A stretch of DNA of 64,000 bases from an uncultured virus (IMG/VR IMGVR_UViG_3300042314_001187) (taxonomy: Duplodnaviria; Heunggongvirae; Uroviricota; Caudoviricetes): the IMG/VR virus record IMGVR_UViG_3300042314_001187, positions 62,001-126,000 of that record. The stretch is one strand, 5' to 3'. The notes under the pieces were generated by a model that saw only the letters and a program-made list of their open reading frames with translations, was not told the DNA's origin and did no database searches. Made by a program: the position numbers and the translations under genes. The first letter of the stretch is position 1. Each line of letters opens with the position of its first letter. Shown here piece by piece: positions 59,955-64,000 of this stretch.

Positions 59955-60758
59955 ATGGAAAAATTTGATGTATCAGTAATCTTACCTATTAAATCGTCAA
60001 AAAATCTTAATTTTGATGAATACTTTAATAAGGCAATTCAATCAATTAAAAATCAAAAATTAGGAATCAATGAATTGATTATAGTTCATACAAATGAAAC
60101 GTCATTAGTTGAATATTTAAACTCATTTGATTTTGGTGATATTAAAGTTGAGAAAGTAGAATGGACTAAAGAACCCAATTACGCATCACAAATTAACTAC
60201 GGTGCTCGTTCAGCAAATTCTAAATGGGTTTCTTTATTCGAATTTGATGATGAGTATTCATCAATTTGGTTTAAAAATGTTGCAAAATATGTTGAATCAT
60301 ATCCTGAGTATGATGCGTTTTTACCAATAGTTGTTGATACTACAGATAAAGAAATATTTGCGGGGTTTACAAATGAGGCAACATTTGCAGCTAACTTCAG
60401 TAGTGAAATGGGAGTATTAACTAACGAAACGTTACAGTCATATCAGAACTTTCAACCATCAGGTATTGTTATTAAAAAAGATAAATTTCTTGATTTTGGT
60501 TTAATTAAACCTTCAATCAAATTAACGTTTGGTTATGAATTTTTCTTACGTATGACATATAACTCAGTTAAAATTATGTCAATTCCAAGAATAGGATACA
60601 AACACACAAATTTACGTGAGGGGTCTATCTTTTGGAATTACAAAAATGGTGAGAATGTGTTAACTGATGATGAGGTTAGTTTTTGGGTTGATTCGGCTAA
60701 GAAAGAATATTTCTTCATTAATGACAGAGCCATAAAATATGAACCCCAAGAAATTTAA
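59955..60758 (+). CDS. GT2-like glycosyltransferase
   Basis: VSVILP, AIQSIKNQ, IN.G, FEFDDEY, EFFLR. Confidence 0.7.
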   Translation: MEKFDVSVILPIKSSKNLNFDEYFNKAIQSIKNQKLGINELIIVHTNETSLVEYLNSFDFGDIKVEKVEWTKEPNYASQINYGARSANSKWVSLFEFDDEYSSIWFKNVAKYVESYPEYDAFLPIVVDTTDKEIFAGFTNEATFAANFSSEMGVLTNETLQSYQNFQPSGIVIKKDKFLDFGLIKPSIKLTFGYEFFLRMTYNSVKIMSIPRIGYKHTNLREGSIFWNYKNGENVLTDDEVSFWVDSAKKEYFFINDRAIKYEPQEI

Positions 60759-61504
60759 TGAGTACTAATGAAGTAGTAAATGAAACAAGTACGGAGTTAA
60801 AAAAGAAAGGTAGAAAACCAACACAAGAAAATTATTTTGATGTTAGAGAGGAGTTAGCGGTTATAAATTATTTAACCGCTTCTTCATTTGAAGAAAAGAA
60901 TAAAATTTACAATGACTTTTTACGTAAACCTTTAGATAAGATGATATCTTCAATTATTCGAAGATATAAATTATATAGAAAAGATATGGATTTCTATGAA
61001 ATACATATAGACACACACTCCTTTTTAATGACCAAAATAGATAAGTTCAAACCTTCAAAAGAAAAGAAGGCATATTCTTATTTTGGAACTATCTGTAAAA
61101 ATTATTTGATGGGTCAAATAATTAAAGACCAAAAAGAGACTAATCGAAAAATTTCATATGAAGATATATCGTATGATTTAGAAAATAGTAATGATTTTGC
61201 GTATCATATTGAAAGTGATGTGATTGATGCCACAACAATAATAAATCAATTTTTAATTGAGTTAGACGAATTTTTAAAGTCACCTAATTTATCTGAAAAT
61301 GAAATTAAATTAGGACACGCACTATATGATTTATTTGATAATTATAATGAAGTTTTTATCGGTAATGATAACAATAAATTTAATAAAAATATTGTGTTAC
61401 TATCGTTAAGAGAGATGACAAATTTATCAACAAAAGAAATAAGAAGTTCTATGAAAAAGTTCAAGAACATATATTATTGCTTAATACAGAAAATGGTTAA
61501 ATAA
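60758..61504 (+). CDS. Phage sigma factor (gp55-like candidate late sigma)
   Basis: NYF..., region-2-like IDKFKPSKEKKAYSYFGTICKNYL, C-terminal HTH-like LREMTNLSTKEIR. Confidence 0.7.
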   Translation: MSTNEVVNETSTELKKKGRKPTQENYFDVREELAVINYLTASSFEEKNKIYNDFLRKPLDKMISSIIRRYKLYRKDMDFYEIHIDTHSFLMTKIDKFKPSKEKKAYSYFGTICKNYLMGQIIKDQKETNRKISYEDISYDLENSNDFAYHIESDVIDATTIINQFLIELDEFLKSPNLSENEIKLGHALYDLFDNYNEVFIGNDNNKFNKNIVLLSLREMTNLSTKEIRSSMKKFKNIYYCLIQKMVK

Positions 61505-61518
61505 GTATTTATGTTATT

Positions 61519-61896
61519 ATGGGAAGACCGGCAAAAAAAGAAATTAATTTAACTAAAGAATCTATCTTATCGTTAATGCAAGAAATCTACAATGAACTTG
61601 TGGAACAAAGAAATACTGCAATCAGAATACAAAATAAAATGTTGTCCTTAATGAAGGAGGTTGAGGATATGACTTTGATTGGTCCTATTATTGAAAAACA
61701 ACAAAAAATCATAAATGAATGTGTCGAGAAAAAACTTTCTCTATCTAAATTACAATCAAGTATTTGGGAAAAAACTAATACAACAACAAACAATGACAAT
61801 TTTACACTATCAGATATTGATTTAGATGATGATGTTATTAAAAGTTTGATTGATAAAGATACTGACACATCAAAGGGTTCTTATAAATTAAAATAA
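61519..61896 (+). CDS. Hypothetical coiled-coil protein
   Basis: 125 aa helical ORF with TATTTAT upstream. Confidence 0.65.
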   Translation: MGRPAKKEINLTKESILSLMQEIYNELVEQRNTAIRIQNKMLSLMKEVEDMTLIGPIIEKQQKIINECVEKKLSLSKLQSSIWEKTNTTTNNDNFTLSDIDLDDDVIKSLIDKDTDTSKGSYKLK

Positions 61897-61897
61897 T

Positions 61898-63829
61898 ATG
61901 GGGTTAGATTTAGATAGTAGTTATAAAGAAGTTAAAGATAAAATTAATTCGGCTAAAGCGTATACTGATTTAAAAAGTCAATATGATTCCTTAAAGAAAA
62001 GTGCGGGTAATTCATTTGATGAACGTAAAGATTTAGCGGAACAAAAAATCAATGATTTAAAGGCGAATGCTAAAAAGTATCAAAAAGAATTAAAAAATCA
62101 ATTCGAACAATTGCTTGATATTAAAAAAGTTCTTTCGGGTAAAGGTGGTAGTACCACAAAATATTTAAAAAGACTTTTAATGAGGACTCTACGTAAAGTG
62201 GAGCCAAAAATTGCTAACATATTAATGGCGGAATGTTTATCGGTTGTTGGTTGTGACCAACAACAAGCGTTCTCACCACAAGTGTTATATATTAAAGTTA
62301 GTTCAATTGACTTAGGTAAATTATTAAGAAAAGATTATCAAACAAGTCCGGGTAAAGCGTTGTATGAAAAACAACCATTAAGTGCAACACAATCGTATCC
62401 ATATCCAATGAATAAACAATTATACCAACGTATCCAAAGTAACGACCCATATTCAACAGATAATGGGGGTTCATTATATATGGGTAGGTCAGGTCAACCA
62501 TTATTTGACATTGAGTATACTGAAGTAAATGATTTGGGTGAAACAGGTAGTTTTTATAAAGTAACTTTACAACAAAGGGTTACGTTGAACCGTTTAAATA
62601 ATGTCGGAGAATTTATTCAAGATTATTATAAAACAATTAAAGTTGTTGATTTTAATTCAACATTAGCGTGGATTTTAGAATGTTTGTTAGGTGCAATCTC
62701 AATTCAAGGGGATGTTGGTCTTAAACAAGTTGAAGATGTTAGTAAAGTAATGGCTATAATTCAAAGAATCTTAGGTATCTGTTTTGACAATAGAAAAACT
62801 ATTGATGTTAGTGGTGTTGCTAAATTATCTGAAATTGACGATACTGATAATTCATTTTACGAATTAAATAGTATGGATTTACGTAAGATAGAAGAAAGAG
62901 TTAGTAATATTAAGAATGGTGTAGTTAAATTTGTAACCTGTAATAATGTTGCATTACCATTAGATACTAATACAATCTTTGAAGCGTTAGATAATATCAC
63001 ATTTATTGAGGATGAGGATAAACAAATTGATGCTGCGGATAAACTGACTGACGATATTGTAAATAACCCTGATTGGAATGGGTTTGCTCTTGACGGTAGT
63101 TTAAAAGCCGAATTAGATTTGAACTTCATAAAAAATATGATAATGGGATTGGCAATATCTTTATTCTCACCCAAAATTTTATTACCGTTAGCCGTAATGT
63201 TAAAAGCGTTAGGTAACACAATTTTAGAATCAATTAAATCTTTTTCAGATTTTGTTAAAAGATTTTCCACATTTTTTAAAAATGTTGTATCTAAAATTGC
63301 CGGAATTTTTATTAAAGAATTATTTAAAGAAATTAAAAAAGATATTCGTAATTTAATACAATCAATTTTAGTTGATTTAGCAAAAGAAAAAGCATCTAAA
63401 AAAATTACTCTAATTTTAAAATTGATTCAGTTATTAATAACTATTGGTCAGTTTATTAGTGATTGGAGAGAATGTAAAAGTGTGGTTGATGAAATATTAT
63501 GGTTACTCAAGATAGCCACTTCGTCTTGGGGAGGGTTATCCGCACAAAATGATATTCCATTACCACTATTGTTTGCCGCCCAATTATTAGATGGGTTCTC
63601 AGAAACTAGAGCATTTATTAATACAATTCAGGAGTTACAAAAAGTGGGTATACCAACTGGCCCTATGCCGGATGGTAGTCCTAATTTAACAGTGTTGAGT
63701 ATGTATTCGTCAATAAAAGGACAAGGTTCTGAAATGTCAAACTCAAAAATACAAGTGGCGATACCACCATTAACGATGACACCGGCTGGATTTACAATAC
63801 CTTCGGCAGGGTATGGACTTTCAATGTAA
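61898..63829 (+). CDS. Hypothetical large protein, possibly virion-associated
   Basis: 643 aa; N-terminal coiled coil and amphipathic/hydrophobic helices near the C-terminus. Confidence 0.65.
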   Translation: MGLDLDSSYKEVKDKINSAKAYTDLKSQYDSLKKSAGNSFDERKDLAEQKINDLKANAKKYQKELKNQFEQLLDIKKVLSGKGGSTTKYLKRLLMRTLRKVEPKIANILMAECLSVVGCDQQQAFSPQVLYIKVSSIDLGKLLRKDYQTSPGKALYEKQPLSATQSYPYPMNKQLYQRIQSNDPYSTDNGGSLYMGRSGQPLFDIEYTEVNDLGETGSFYKVTLQQRVTLNRLNNVGEFIQDYYKTIKVVDFNSTLAWILECLLGAISIQGDVGLKQVEDVSKVMAIIQRILGICFDNRKTIDVSGVAKLSEIDDTDNSFYELNSMDLRKIEERVSNIKNGVVKFVTCNNVALPLDTNTIFEALDNITFIEDEDKQIDAADKLTDDIVNNPDWNGFALDGSLKAELDLNFIKNMIMGLAISLFSPKILLPLAVMLKALGNTILESIKSFSDFVKRFSTFFKNVVSKIAGIFIKELFKEIKKDIRNLIQSILVDLAKEKASKKITLILKLIQLLITIGQFISDWRECKSVVDEILWLLKIATSSWGGLSAQNDIPLPLLFAAQLLDGFSETRAFINTIQELQKVGIPTGPMPDGSPNLTVLSMYSSIKGQGSEMSNSKIQVAIPPLTMTPAGFTIPSAGYGLSM

Positions 63830-63837
63830 ACAAAATT

Positions 63838-64000
63838 ATGACTAAAGAAGATGTTGCAAAAAAAACAATTGATGTTATAAATAACCCCTCAAATTCGTCT
63901 AATAGTGATTTACAAATGGCTATGGATGTAATTCAAAAAGATTTTGAAACAGTTAAAAATGATATTATAAAATTAACTTATCATTTGGATAGTTTAGAAG
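63838..64000 (+). CDS. Partial hypothetical protein running off the right edge
   Basis: ATG 63838: MTKEDVAKKTIDVINNPSNSSNSDLQ..., open to the end. Confidence 0.55.
   Translation, partial: MTKEDVAKKTIDVINNPSNSSNSDLQMAMDVIQKDFETVKNDIIKLTYHLDSLE

Noticed and set aside
947..63270. Antisense ORFs within long genes (e.g. 947..1351, 18742..19263, 44590..44877, 62857..63270)
   Set aside because: They are fully nested opposite well-supported genes and have composition typical of reverse-frame shadows.
1..64000. Stop-codon reassignment
   Set aside because: Genes are full length in code 11, and TAG (16632, 48803, 58890) and TGA (2769, 15136) end genes at sensible boundaries.
1..64000. Eukaryotic giant virus or cellular origin, suggested by GT60, mucins, SNF2, papain and PolB
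   Set aside because: Tail sheath, tube, neck and tape-measure genes, a sigma factor, intrinsic terminators and coupled operons indicate a tailed bacteriophage.
1..64000. tRNA, rRNA, integrase or transposase genes
   Set aside because: None recognised by eye and intergenic gaps are short; tRNAscan-SE or Infernal would be needed to exclude small RNAs formally.

Overview
A 64-kb, AT-rich, gene-dense segment of a large contractile-tailed (myovirus/jumbo-type) bacteriophage read in standard code 11. Starts lack Shine-Dalgarno sites and are A-rich, which suggests but does not prove a Bacteroidota host. It contains: a tail/neck module (tape measure, chaperone pair, tube, sheath, neck proteins); an SNF2 helicase, a SOD fusion and a family-B DNA polymerase; five genes for Thr/Pro-repeat ('mucin-like') proteins, including a 3,795-aa giant, co-oriented around a five-gene glycosyltransferase operon led by a GT60-type polypeptide GlcNAc-transferase; small late genes including a WYL protein; and a second sugar-modification island (DegT aminotransferase, VioB-like acyltransferase, PhyH dioxygenase, O-methyltransferases, several GTs) mixed with exonuclease, dUTPase, PhoH and a phage sigma factor. 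The main hypothesis is a phage-encoded mucin-type O-glycosylation system that builds a virion glycocalyx. Other signals: a lectin fold apparently split across two genes, genes inserted between duplicated gene starts, a +1/-2 chaperone frameshift, a TATTTAT late-promoter motif, and a pseudoknot-like polymerase leader. All family calls come from motifs recognised by eye; no database search was run.
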